Positions 48,700 to 61,440 of a stretch of DNA of 64,000 bases are shown here, one piece after another. How positions within the stretch are numbered: the stretch's first letter is position 1; every line of letters begins with the position of its first letter. The notes under the pieces were generated by a model. It was not told the origin of the DNA. It did no database searches and saw only the letters and a program-made list of their open reading frames with translations. The stretch is from Geosiphon pyriformis uo1 (Eukaryota; Fungi; Glomeromycota): the NCBI GenBank assembly GCA_016748015.1, contig JAAOMT010000727.1, positions 34,203-98,202 of the forward strand. The letters run 5' to 3'. Position numbers and translations under genes: made by a program.

Positions 48700-51350
48700 A
48701 ATGCATACCAATTTGTGGAATTAGTGGTTTAGAATGATTTTTGAACTGATAGTGTTTTAATTAATCTCCATATGCAACTTTTGCTAAAACTTTGTTATCA
48801 AGTATTAACTTGTATAATTTATTGCCTTGAATTTTATAAATATAGAATAGTCTATCTTATTTATGTTCAAATTTTTTACTTCATTGTTTTTTAGTCTTAA
48901 TTCTGTGTAAAAAAATTTTGTTTCCAATTTTAAATTTATTGGTAATTAGTGGAAATTTGTTGTTATACCGTTTTTTTTGTTGAGCTTAAGAGTATTCAAT
49001 ATGAATTGCTGCTATTTATTGTTTTTCTTCCAAAGTATTGAGCAAGGTGTAAGCTCTTTGTTGAAATGTTTTTTAGAAGTTTTTTTTAGTAATTAGTTGT
49101 ACTGGATATGTTTTTACTGTAAAATTAATTGGTAGTATTGCTATTTTCTTATAAATTAAATCAAATAATGTGTGTTTTGTTGTATCTTGTTTTAGTTTTT
49201 TGTATACCAGTAATACTAATAAAATAAAAATATTCTATTCCTGTTTAAAATCAGTTGAAACTTTGGCTAATAATTTACACAATGTTTTGTTGAAATATTC
49301 TACAGGTTTATTTGTTTATAGGTAATAAAGTGATGATAAAAGTCTTTTGATATTAAATTGTTTACAAATTTTTTGTATCAAGTTGATCACAAAATGGGTT
49401 TCTTGGTCTAATAAAAGTTCAATTGGGCATTCATGTTTACAAATAATGTCTTCATAAATGAAATTTGCTACTAATTTAGTATCTGCTCTTTGGATAGTTT
49501 TGGCTTTGGGCTATTTGGTGAGATAATTTACTACAACTGCAATATAATAGTTTTCTTGGTTTGTAATAAGTAGTGGTTTGACTAAATTAATACCAACTTT
49601 GTCAAAAAATTGTTCAATTTTAATTGAATTTAGAGATTCAGTGGGTCGAATTTCTCTTTTTCTTTAATAATTATTACATGATTCTATAAACTGTTAAATG
49701 TTTTTTTGCATCTGAGGCCAAAAATAATGTTCAAGTGTTTTTTGTATTGTGTTATCTTTTTCTAGAGTTTTAATGAAAAATCTGTGTGCATATTATATAA
49801 AATTGTTTCTTTTTTGTTTTGTTGAACTAATCTAAATGAGTTGAATAAGTTTTTGCAATTTTGATAATAAATTTTGTTGTGGTGAATAAAATATTGTTTT
49901 GTTTGGTATTGTAATTAGAGTTTTTTAATTGAAAACCAATTTTTTGGCATAATAAGAGTCTCCAAATAGTTTTTAATGTTGTAGTTTTGGGGTTCATTAT
50001 TGTTTGATTATTATTTATTAATGAATTAGAAAGTTGTGATAGAATTGCTGTTGGTGTTAATTCTGTCTTATTTTTAAAAGACTATTAACATTGATATATA
50101 ATTATCTAGGTTTGTAATATACAATATATTTGTAGTCTGTTAGAAAATTATTTCATTGAGATTGTTTGGCACTTTGTTCAAATTTCTTTTTATTGAGTTA
50201 TTTAAGACCAATATTGTTAGTTATGATGTCAAATTTTTTTTATTCTTCAAATATTGTTAAAAATATTTAAGAACCCAAATGATTATGGCAGTTTCTAATT
50301 CTGTTAAGCCATATTTGAGTTCTGTTAATTTGAGTGTTTTATTGGTATAAGCAATTATTTGCTTATTGTAATTGTTATCTAATTGTGATAATATAGCATC
50401 AAAAGCTATGTGTAAAGCATTAATAATTAACTGGAATTATTTATTAAAGTCTGGATAAGCAAATATTATTGCTGTTGTGAGTTTTTTTTTGAGAGTGTTG
50501 AATACAGTTTGTTGTGCTAAAGTCCATTGGTATTTAATATTTTTGTTGGCAAGATGATTGAGAAGTTTGGCAATTTCTGAAATTTTTTTGATAAATTTCT
50601 AATAATAGGAAGCTAAACTAACAAATTTTTTTAGTTTTGTGGTATTTTGGAAAGTTTTAAAGTTTTTTACAGCACTAATTGTTTCTGAATTGGATAATAC
50701 TTTATTTTTACTGACAATATAACCAAAAAAAATCAAATTTGTTTTCCAAAGTGACATTTTTCAATATTTAATTTCAATTTTGCTTTCTGTAATCATTGAA
50801 AAACTTTTTATAGATAAATTAAATAAGCTTCAAAGCTTAAAAAATACACATTAGTATTATCAAAATAGACAACTACTGATTGCCATAAAAGTTTTTTATA
50901 AACAATATTTATGAGTCACTAAAATGTTACTAATGTATTATAAAGTTCAAATAGCATAATATTAAACTTATAGTTTTTTCTTTGAGTTATAAATGCTGTT
51001 TTAAGACAATCTTTAGAGTCTATTTCGACTTGTCAGTATCTACTTTTCAAGTCTAAAGTTGAAAAGAACTTGGCTTTTTCCAAAACATCTAACATGTCAT
51101 TAATTTTTGAAAGTAAGTATATATCTTCAATTATAATACTATTCAATTGTCAATAATTAACACAAAATCTTATTTTTCTATTTTTTTTTGACAAAAACTA
51201 CTGGTAAAGTCTATAGACTTCTTAATAGTTGAATCAATCTATTATTAAGTATTTTTTGGACCTCTTTTTTGATAAATTGGTGGCTAAAAAGTAAAACTTA
51301 ATAAGCTTATTGCCATTTTGGTAGAACATCTCCTGTATGAATTTAGTGTT
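48700..51350 (-). pseudogene. RT, RNase H and integrase of outer gypsy B, eroded
   Basis: FFSTLDLKSRY, VVYFDN, IAYTN, KVGINLVKPL, ICKHECP, LDQETHF. Confidence 0.8.
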
Positions 51351-51889
51351 AAATGATATTTGATTTTCCTAAATTATTGTTGTTTTTTACAAATATATTA
51401 GCAAATTTAGCTATTAACTGTTTTAATTGTCTTTGTTGTTAAGATTTTAAAAAACTTATGTTGATTCGAGAAAGTTTTTCTTCCATCATATAGTAGTTTT
51501 TAGTAGTAAAAATAATGTTTGGATTGGAAAGTAAAGTATGTTTTATAATTTTAATGAAATTAAAAACAATTTGAGAGTTTTCATCTTAAAAGATATTGTT
51601 ATATATGATTTTAATTTCTAATTTATTTAATAAAATAATAGAATAATAGTTGAGATTGTAAAATATAACTCAAAATTTTTTCATTTTTTATGGAATATAA
51701 ATATTTGGAATTAAAATTTTGTGCTTTAAACAGATTTGTTTATTTAATTCAAAGATTTGGTGAGTAGTAATAAGTTTTGAACAAATGTAAATTTTATAAT
51801 GTTCTCTATAAAATAAAATAATAATTGGTTGGAGAAGTCAAAGAATCTGGTAAGATTTATTTTATGTATTAAGAGCTATGTATATTGGA

Positions 51890-52300
51890 ACTGTGAATTG
51901 TTCAATTAAACCAAAATCTTGAGTTTTTCTTTTACTTTTTTCTAATTGTTTTCTGTTGTTAACTGATTGTAATCCTGAAATGTTGATTAGGAATAAATAA
52001 ATAGCTTGTGCAAATTTTTCAGTATATTCTATTTTGAATGGTTTCTCAGTTTCATTTTGTAACATTATTGTGATGTTTTTTGTATATTTTGCATCTATAA
52101 CTTTTCCTTTAATATTGATTTTTTTTTTGCCAATAATGATCAAAAAGCAATTTGTACTATTACTCTTGGTAGAATTTCAAAAGCAATTTTTAGATTGATT
52201 TTGGTAAAAGACTTTGGTTAAAAAACCAAAGTATTTTTGTCAGAATATTGTAGGTTATATCTTATATCAATTTTATGAGCTTTTTCAGACTTGATTTTTT
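51890..52300 (-). pseudogene. dut: dUTPase domain, outer gypsy B
   Basis: GKVIDAKYT, EKFAQAIY, RKTQDFG. Confidence 0.8.
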
Positions 52301-52399
52301 AATCATTATTGTCAAAATATTTAAGTTGTTACAATTTTTTCTTTGGGCTTTAATTCTCTAAACACAATTTTCTTCTGATTATTTTCACTAAGCAAGAAA

Positions 52400-54807
52400 A
52401 TACTAAGAGCATAACATTTTGAACATCATTTGTTATTATAAGACATAATGTATTCTTCATATAATTGAATGTTCATTTGCTCTAATTATTGAATTTAAGC
52501 TTCTTGGGTCAGATAAGTATAACTTACAATTTGGTAATATGTTTTTACTTTATTTTTAGTTAATTTCAGTTAATTTTATTATGTGTTTAATGTATTTAAC
52601 TTTTTTCATTTGGTGGACATTTTCCTGGATTTCTCTATTAATTAGAACTATGGTTAGTTTATTAATTATCTTAGTATTATGTGAATAATAATAAAGTTTG
52701 TTAAGAACATTGTTGTAAGTAGCATTAAATAGAGTTCCTTTTTTTACTTTTTCTACAATGAATAGAGTGTATTGACAAGTTTGGTCACATATTTCATTTT
52801 TTATTACAATGTTAATCTATTTGTATTTTTCTGGTAGCATTTTTCCACATGTGAAACAAGAGGTGTTGTCCTATTTTTCACTTCATTGGAATATCCAAAT
52901 CGTTTTTTATGACAGATTTTGTAAAATAATAGATGTCAGTTTTATATATTTTTTTGGAAATATACATACTTTTATTGAAAAAAGTTTTTTGTTGTAATCT
53001 ATGCATTTGAGTAATATATAGGATGATTGTTTTTATGGTTCTGGTGTAGAATAATAAACAATATTCTATCTTTTAGTTTCTTCAATGATTTTTTGTTCTA
53101 TTTCTTTAGCCCAATTAGATGGTAATTCAAGAGCCATAAAGATTTCAGTGATTAACATGTTTTTCTTTTTTTCAAATTTGAATACTGGGATTTTTTTTGC
53201 TTGTTTGTTGAAAGTACTACAAGTAACAGATACTTAAATATATTGTTCTTGGTAAGAAATCTTCAATTTTTGGGTTTTCCAATCTAAATTTGTATTGGTC
53301 TTGAGAAGCCAATTATTTTTGACAAAAGCTTAATATAGGGATGTATCTATAACTAAAATTTTAACTGGAATAATGATTTTATTAATGGTGAATGAGAAGT
53401 TGTCAATTTTTTTTATGGAAGTTTTTTTCATACCATTAGCTATAACAATTACAGTTTGAACTAATCTGTCAACATTTTTTTCAAGCTGTTGCATTAATTA
53501 ATAAGTAATAATACTTCTAGCAAATTTATTGTCTAGAATTAAACAAATTTGTTTTTTTTACTTTAGCTTCAATATATATAGCTGTAATTGTTTTTTGTTT
53601 ATTAACTGCTGTATTACTAAGCAAGAATAGTGATTTATTGGCTTTAAATTCGAATGAAAATATGTTTGAAAGGTTGGCATTTTGAGCAATTTGAGCTGGT
53701 GGGATGATATTGTTGGAAAAATTTGATCTTATTGCTGCAGCTTTACCTTCAAAAAGTGCAGTTTGTTGAAAATTCTGTTCTTTAGGCATGGTTAAGTAAC
53801 TTGGTTGAGTATGATAGTAATTAGGCCTTTGTTGACCAAAATTTCAGAGAACTAACTGATTGTTTGGGTTGATTTTATTATTGTTACTTTGAAAATAATT
53901 TTGAGGTATGAATTGGTTTTGTTAAACCAATTTTTGAACAGATATTTGATATTGTTAAGTAGATGGTGATTGATATTGCTGAATTGGTAGAAATTGCTAA
54001 TATTACTGTTATATAGATTGTGAAACAGATTAATAGTAACTGTTTTAATTTTGTGGTCTTGGTGAATAATAAGTTGATGGTAAAGATTGGTAATAAAATT
54101 GTTGTGATAAAGAGTAATGTTGATTACTCCTGTTTTATTGGTTTTATTTAATTTTCTGCAATCTTATTTCCAATATTCTAGAATTTTACAATAGTAACAA
54201 CTTTGTAATTGGTTATTAGATAATAAAGAGTAGTTGTTTTGATTGTATTATTGGAGTGGTTAATATTTTTGTGGTTGTTGTTGTTGTTGTTGATTGGTAA
54301 AATAATTTTTGAACTTCTTTGTGAGTTGGTCAATTTTTTTTTCAGCTGCTAAGCTGGTTTTTCCTATAGCAAAATTCACAAGTTTTGTTTAATTTGCTTT
54401 TTTCATAGTTATTTTATAATTTTTTGCATACTGTATGACTATAGCTAAGTCTGCTAAAATATAAAAGCAAACTTTCTTAATTAATTTATCTTTTAATTCT
54501 GCAATAAACTGATCCAAAATTTGAGCATTGAAGTAATAGTTATTGGTTTTCAATTGTTGAATTTATCTAAAAAGTTTGTTAAACCTCCCAAAATAAGTCA
54601 TAACAGTTTTAGATGATTTTTGTTTGATATTGTGAAAGCAATTTTAGATAGTAATAAAGGTGTTGTTGTCAGTAAATTGCTCTAAAAAAGCATTTTTGAA
54701 TGCTTGCCAGTTTTCAAAAGATTCAGTCAGATTTTTAAACTATTTTTTTACTGTTTCTTAAAAAAAGTATGAGATTGCTTTTAACATTCTTGTTGTATTC
54801 TATCTGT
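52400..54807 (-). pseudogene. Gag C-terminal part, protease and Cys-rich domain of outer gypsy B
   Basis: Collinear with 56340-58740 of the inner element; gag continues at 60600-61400. Confidence 0.8.
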
Positions 54808-55491
54808 TGTTACTGGAGGTTTTTGGTCTCTTTTCTGTAATGTTGTTGATACTTATTTGCTGTGAATTCACGTTTTCTGGATGTGGTTGAACCTCCAATA
54901 ACTGAATTTATCTTCAAATTATCTCCTATAATTTGAACTGCTGGGCTTATAAGTAGAATGGCCAATTCCTTGCCAGTTACTTTATGTAGTTATGTTGTAG
55001 TAAACATCAACTCTTTCCCAGGAATTGCTTGTCTAGAAGCTCACTAAAATGTATAGTTACTTTGCTGTGAAAGTTAACTCTTTTACAGGAATTTTGTCTG
55101 TAGGCTACCTTAATGATTGTAATAAGAAAAGAAAAGAAAAATAAAAGAAATGTAAAAGAAATAGAATTTTGTCAAGGGAAACGTTTTCTATCCAGGCCTG
55201 GAGTTACTAACAGTTTACTGAAATTGGTAGCTAATCAATTTCGAAATGTTAGTTGGGTTTTGGAGATTTTCCAAGTACAATAATTAAAGAATTTGGTTTT
55301 TTCGAATTATTTGATATTTATTTCTTTTTGTGTATATAGGAACGGTTTTAAGAGATAAATNNNNNNNNNNNNNNNNNNNNTTTTTGCTAATGTAATAAGT
55401 GATCATTTGAAATGATAATATATGCTAATTAATGATAGGAATTATAAGATAATTTCATGCTAAATAATATCTCTAATTTCATTTGGTAACA
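54808..55491 (-). repeat. 3' LTR of inner gypsy B (contains an N gap)
   Basis: TGTTACTGGA...TTGGTAACA. Confidence 0.9.
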
Positions 55492-55499
55492 TAACCTTC

Positions 55500-55810
55500 T
55501 CCTCAAGACTGAGTTCCGTTGAAGTCCAAGTACTGTCTGTTATTTCCAGATAATAATCAAAATTATTGAAGAAATTTGGTCTGAAAATTGTTAAAATTTC
55601 AGTTCTGTGAGCTTTCCAATGTATTGAATCTTCAAAGATTGAAAAATTGGGTTTTGTAGTACGTTTTTACAGGTGTGGAATAGATCATAAAGTTTAAAAG
55701 CAGCTCTAAGTCTGTAGCAACTGTTTGTTGATCCAGTTGTTGTCTTGAATTTGTTGTGGAGTTGTTTCTGAATAGCTTCTTTTGTGAGGTTTGCTGTTGT
55801 AAGTTCCAAT
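55500..55810 (-). pseudogene. Accessory ORF3, C-terminal part, inner element
   Basis: LELTTANLTKEAIQK...LRAAFKLYDLFHTCKNVLQN...IGKLT. Confidence 0.75.
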
Positions 55811-58800
55811 TGAACCAAAACCTTGGGTTCCTTTATCGCTTTTTCCTAATTGTTCTCTTTGATTGACTAGTTGCAAACCCGAAATGTTGATTAAGGGTAG
55901 GTAAATAGCTTGGGCAATTTTTTCAGCATGTTCGATCTTGAATAGTTTGTCAGTTTCATTTTGAAGCATCACTGTTATGTCTCCAATATATCCAGTATCA
56001 ATTATTCCTCCTCTGACATTGATTCCTTTACTTGCCAGAGAGGACCGAGAGGTGATTTGAACCATTGCTTCTGGCGGGATTTCGAGTGCAATTTTGAGAT
56101 TGATTTTTGTAAGAGATTTGGGTTTGAGAACAAGAGTATCCTTGCCTGGATATCTTAGATCATATCTAGCATCAATTTCATGTGCTTTTTCGGGTTTTAT
56201 TCCTTGTCCGTTGTTGTTGAAGTATTTAAGTTGTAAGGCAGGCTGATTTTTAATAAGGTAGATGGATGTTGTTTCAATTTCTTTCGTTTCTTCAGGTTTT
56301 CCAAATTCAATTTCATTCTCATCATTTTCGCTGGGCAAGGGGATACTAAGAGCATAGCATTCAGGACACCATTGTTCATCGCAAAACATAATGCATTCTT
56401 CACATAGCCTAATGTTCATTTGCTCTAATCACTGAATTTGAGCTTTTTGGGTTGTGTAGGTGTGACTTACAATTTGGTGGTAGACTTCTACTTCATCTTT
56501 GTAATCGAATTCAGCTAATTCCATAGTGTATTCAATGTATTCTGCTTCCTTCATTTGATGAACATTTTTTTTGGTAGCTCCAGTAATTAATGTTATTGCT
56601 AAGTCAAAAATCATCTTGGCATCATGAGGGTAGTAATAAAGTTTGTTGAAAGCACTATTGTATACTGTATTAAAGGGTGTTCCTCTTTTTACTTTTTCTG
56701 AAATTAATAAAGCATATTGGCAGGTCTGATCACAGATGCCTTCTCTCATTGCTACATCAATCCAATTGCATTCTTCTGGTAGCAGATTTCCACAAGTCAA
56801 ACAAGGGGTGTTGTCCCATTTTCCGCTCCTTTTTATTAGATGGCCCCATCCCTCTCTGTGGTAAGCCTTGCAGTAATAACAAGTATGATTCTCACATTTT
56901 TCTTCAGGTAAAATGCAGGCTCCCATTGACGATAGTTTCTTGTGGCAGTCCTTACATTTAAGGGGAATATAGGGGTGTTGTTTTCTTGGTTCAGGTTTTG
57001 AGTAAGGTATATTCTATCCAGAGGTTTCGGGTTTATTGTGTGGGGTAAAATGTTCTTGTTTTGTTTCATTGGCCCAGTTGGACGTTGATCCAAGAGCCAT
57101 GAATGTTTCGATTATTGGTTTTTCTTCTTCTGGTTCAAATTCAAAAGCTGGGGCTTTTTCAGAGCGTTTGTTGAATGTATCACAAATGACAGATACTCGG
57201 GCGTGTTGTCCTTGGTAGGAGATTGTTAACTCTTGTGTTTCCCAATTCAAATTAGCATTGGCTTTTTGAAGCCAATCATTTCCAATGAGAGCTTGGTACT
57301 GGGATGTGTCCATTACAAGAACTTTGACTGGAATGGTAATTCTATCAAGAGTGAATGGAAAATTGTCAATTTCTCCTACTGGGGTCTTTTTCATGCTATC
57401 AGCAGTAATGATTACTGTTTGAGCTGGTCGGTCGACATTTCTTTTCAACTGTTGCATTAACTGATAGGTAATAATGCTTCCAGTGGATCCACTGTCTAGG
57501 ATCAAGTGAATTGGCTTTCCTTTTACTTCAGCTTCTGTGTATATTGCAGTGATGGCTTTTTGCTCATTAGCTGCTACATTGCTAAGCAAGAATAGTAATT
57601 CATTTGCTTCAAATTCAAAAGGAAAGATATCAGAGAGATTGGCGTTTTCAGCAATTCGGGCTGGTGGAATAGTGGTGTGGTTATGAGAAAGGTTTTGTTG
57701 TTGTTGTGCTGCAGCTCTACCTTCTGAGAGTGCAATATGGTAAAAATCCTGTTCTTCCGGCATTGTTAAATAACTGGGTTGAGTGTGGTAATGGTTGGGT
57801 CTTGGTTAAGTGGTATTTCAGGAAACCAATTAGTTGTTCGAACTGATTCTACTGTTGTTTACTTGGTATCGGTTTTGTGGTGTAAATTGATTTTGTGTAA
57901 TCAGTCTTCGAGCAGATACTTGATAATGTTGTGTGGATGGTTGTTGGTATTGCTATTGGATTGGTTGTGGGACGGGCTGATAATAGTTATTTTGGTATTG
58001 AGATCTTGATGGATAGTAAGCTGGTGGTGATGGTTGATAATAAGATTGCTGTAGTGGAGAGTAACGTTGATTACCCCTATTTTGTTGGTCTTGTTGTAGC
58101 TTTCTGCAATTTCTTTTCCAGTGGCCAGAGATTCCACAGTAATGGCAATTCTGGGGCTGGTTATTGGAAAGTGGTGCAAAGTTATTTTGATTTTGTCTTT
58201 GGGGTGGTTGATATCTTTGTTGTTGTTGGTTGGTAAAATAGTTTTTGACTTTCTTTGTGAGTTGGTCAATTTTTTCCTCAGCTGCTGAACTGGTTTCTCC
58301 AATTGCCAAATTTACAAGTTTTGTACGATTGGCTTCTTCTATGGCCATTTCGTATCTTTTCACATGCTGTATGGCAGAGTTTAAATCTTCTGGTGTGTGT
58401 GGGCAAACTTTTTTAATTAGTTTATCTTTTAGACCAGTGATAAATTGATCCAAGATTTGAGCATCGGAATAATAATCATTTGTCTCAAGTTGGCGAATCC
58501 GTCTAAGAAGTTTGTTGAATTTCCCAATATAAGTCATAACGGATTTGGAGGGTTCTTGTTTGATATTTCGAAAACAATTGCGAAGAGTGATAGAGGTGTT
58601 ATTGTCAGTGAACTGTTCAAAGAAGGCTGCTTTGAAAGCATTCCAATTATTGAATAGAGTGGCAAGGTTTTCAAACCATTCTCCTGCTGTTCCTTTGAGA
58701 AAGTAGGGAATTGTTCTTAACATTCTGGCAGCGTTCCATCTATTTGCATCTCCAGCTTTAGTAACTTGGTCAAGCCATTCTTGGGGACTGGTCTCAATAT

Positions 58801-59575
58801 CTTCTCCATTGAATTCAGAGATTTTTGCGATGTATGTTGTTATTTCGTCTTCTTTGTTTTCACTGTTTATTGATTCTTCTTCAGTTATTTCAGAGTTGTT
58901 TTCTTCATTTGCTGTTGTCTCAGAGTGTTCACTTTGATTTTCAGCTAGAAAATTAAGGAGATTGGAACTAGTTTGAAGGGGTTCTTGTTGTCTGGTAGGA
59001 CTTCTGAGTAATGTAAAATCTTCTGGTCTTGCAAATCAATTCAAGGGTGAATTAGATGTTTGTGCTTGTGCAAGTAAAGCTGAAAAAGGTGTGATAGTAA
59101 GTGGAAGTTTTGAACTGGTTCCTTGTTTAAGTGTTTGTAAATGTTTAGCAGTTGTTTTCAGTAGTGTTGGAGTATTTGGGGTGGTTCTTGAATATTGCTT
59201 TAATTTGTTTTTGCCTTTGTTGCTTGTTTCTGTTTCCGATTCAAAGTCAATAATGTATTGAGACTGTACTGAATATGTTTCTTCACAGTATTTGATAATG
59301 TTAAAATTAAGCTCATAAAAGTAAGTGGCAAGTGTTTCACTATTAAGGTCTTCAGTTCCCAACTGTGAATAGTGTGCTAAATTATTGTAAAGATTGCTTC
59401 TAACTTCTGAGATATTGTAATTTCCAAAAAAATAATTGTTGATGCGGTTTTCAATGTATTGGTATACTAATTTCTTGACAACTTCAATTCCGTCTGGAAT
59501 GTTGAATCTTTGCTTGCAGTGGATGTAAATTGATTGGTAATACTCTAGAGTTGTTGTGTCTGGTGTGGTCGCCAC
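55805..59575 (-). pseudogene. Single-frame Gag-protease-Cys-rich domain-dUTPase polyprotein, interrupted only by point stops
   Basis: ORF pieces ending at 59036, 57953, 57014, 56429 and 55706 are all in one frame; CHYCGISGHWKRNC, LILDSGS, KWDNTPCLTCG, RSSLASKG/GIIDTGY/GTQGFGS. Confidence 0.92.
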
Positions 59576-59602
59576 TTTGAAGTTGTTTTTGCTGTGTTGT
59601 TT

Positions 59603-59618
59603 CCATGGGAGAGCACCA
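59603..59618 (-). promoter_or_regulatory. Primer binding site of inner gypsy B
   Basis: TGGTGCTCTCCCATGG, 2 nt after the LTR; same core at ~61423-61438. Confidence 0.8.
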
Positions 59619-59620
59619 AA

Positions 59621-60599
59621 TGTTACCAGAGGTTTTTGGTCTCTTTTCTGTAATGTTGTTAATACTTATTTGTTGTGAATTCACGTTTTCTGAATGTGGT
59701 TGAACCTCCAATAACTGAATTTATCTTCAAATTATCTCCTATAATTTGAACTGCTGGGCTTATAAGTGGAATGGCCAATTTCTTGCCAGTTATTTTATGT
59801 AGTTATGTTGTAGTAAACATCAACTCTTTCCCAGGAATTGCTCGTCTGGAAGCTCACTAAAATGTATAGTTACTTTGCTGTGAAAGTCAACTCTTCTACA
59901 GGAATTTTGTCTGTAGGCTACCCTAATGATTGTAATAAGAAAAGAAAAGAAAAATAAAAGAAATGTAAAAGAAATAGAATTTTGTTAAGGGAAACGTTTT
60001 CTATCCAGGCCTGGAGTTACTAACAGTTTACTGAAATTGGTAGCTAATCAATTTCGAAATGTTAGTTGGGTTTTGGGGATTTTCCAAGTACAATAATTAA
60101 AGAATTTGGTTTTTTCGAATTATTTGATATTTATTTCTTTTTGTGTATATAGAAACAATTTTAAGAGATAAATCTAAAGTAAGATACATTTTTTTGACAA
60201 GAAAAGCTTTTCTTTTATACAACTTGTTGTAACACTATTCTATGAACTTAAACTTTGCTATTTTCTACAATTTTGCTGAATTAAAGATACATTTCAGCAA
60301 ACTACAAGTTATTTCAGCGAACTATTAGATATTTCGGTGAACTATCAATTATTTCAGCAAATTTCTACAAATTTCAGCAAACTTCTGAATATTACATAGT
60401 TCGGGGTATTGCCTGATTGATCATCGCAATTAGGTTACATTTGTGTTGTGTACAATTTGGGTTATTAATTAAATGATAATTTCAGACATTTTTGCTAATG
60501 TAATAAGTAATCATTTGAAACAATAATATATGCTAATTAATGATAGGAATTATAAGATAATTTCATGCTAAATAATATCTCTAATTTCATCTGGTAACA
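59621..60599 (-). repeat. 5' LTR of inner gypsy B
   Basis: Terminal inverted repeat TGTTACCAGA...TCTGGTAACA. Confidence 0.95.
60270..60390. repeat. 20-bp-period ATTTC(A/G)G(C/T)(A/G)AA array in LTR B
   Basis: Core at 60291, 60311, 60331, 60351 and 60371; same array at ~62092-62182. Confidence 0.9.
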
Positions 60600-61440
60600 C
60601 TGTTTACATTTACTGATTTCTGGACTTTGTTAAGTTATTTTTGTGGGCTGGTGTTAGTATTTTCTTCTGTAAATTTAGTGATTTTTACAATGTTTGTAGT
60701 TGTCATTTTTTTTTTGTTTTCAGTAGTTTCTTTTTGTTCTGATTTGGTTTTTTTACTTTCTAAGTTTTCTGAGTAATTACTTTTGTTTTTTTCTAAGTAA
60801 TCAAGAAGATTGGTGCTGGTTGATATTGGTTTCTGCTGTTGAATAGAACTTTTAAGTGACTGAAAATTTTCTAGTCTTAAGAACTGAATAAGTAGTAAGT
60901 TGGGAGTTTGTGGTTGAGCAAATGAAATTAGAAATAATATAATAGAAAGTAGTAATTTGGTACTGGTTTTTTGTTTAAATGTTTGTAAGTATTTGGCAGT
61001 TGTTTTTGGTGTGTTGTGAATTGTATGACTAACTTAAAATGTTTTTTTTTTCGTTTTCTACTGTTGCTGTTTTCTGGTTCTGATTCAAAATCAAAAAGAT
61101 ATTTGGACTGTACTGGGTATTTTTTTTTACAAACTGAATAATATTATAGTTGAGTTCATGAAAATAGGTGTTAAGTATTTTACTGTTAAGGTTTTCAGTT
61201 TCCAAGTTAGAATAATATAATAGATTTTTATAGAGATGGCTTTTAATTTCTGAAATGCTGTAGTTTTCAAAAAGATAATTGTTGATGCAATTTTTAATGT
61301 ATTAATATAATGTTTTCTTAAGAATTTTGATTCTGTTTTGGATGTTAAATTGACTGATAATACTTTAGAGTTATTGTGTCTGGTGTAATTACTACTTTAA
61401 AATTGTTATTGCTGTGTTATTTTAATAGGAGAGCACCAAA

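Larger units (their letters stand above)
54808..60599 (-). mobile_element. Ty3/gypsy family B, inner younger non-autonomous element (RT-RH-IN deleted)
   Basis: Near-identical LTRs, perfect 4-bp TSD CTGT at 54804-54807 and 60600-60603, PBS and PPT present; dUTPase joined directly to the ORF3 tail. Confidence 0.93.

Noticed and set aside
60270-60390. CRISPR-like repeat/spacer pattern
   Set aside because: Cores and spacers are only ~10 bp, lie inside a eukaryotic LTR, and no cas genes are present
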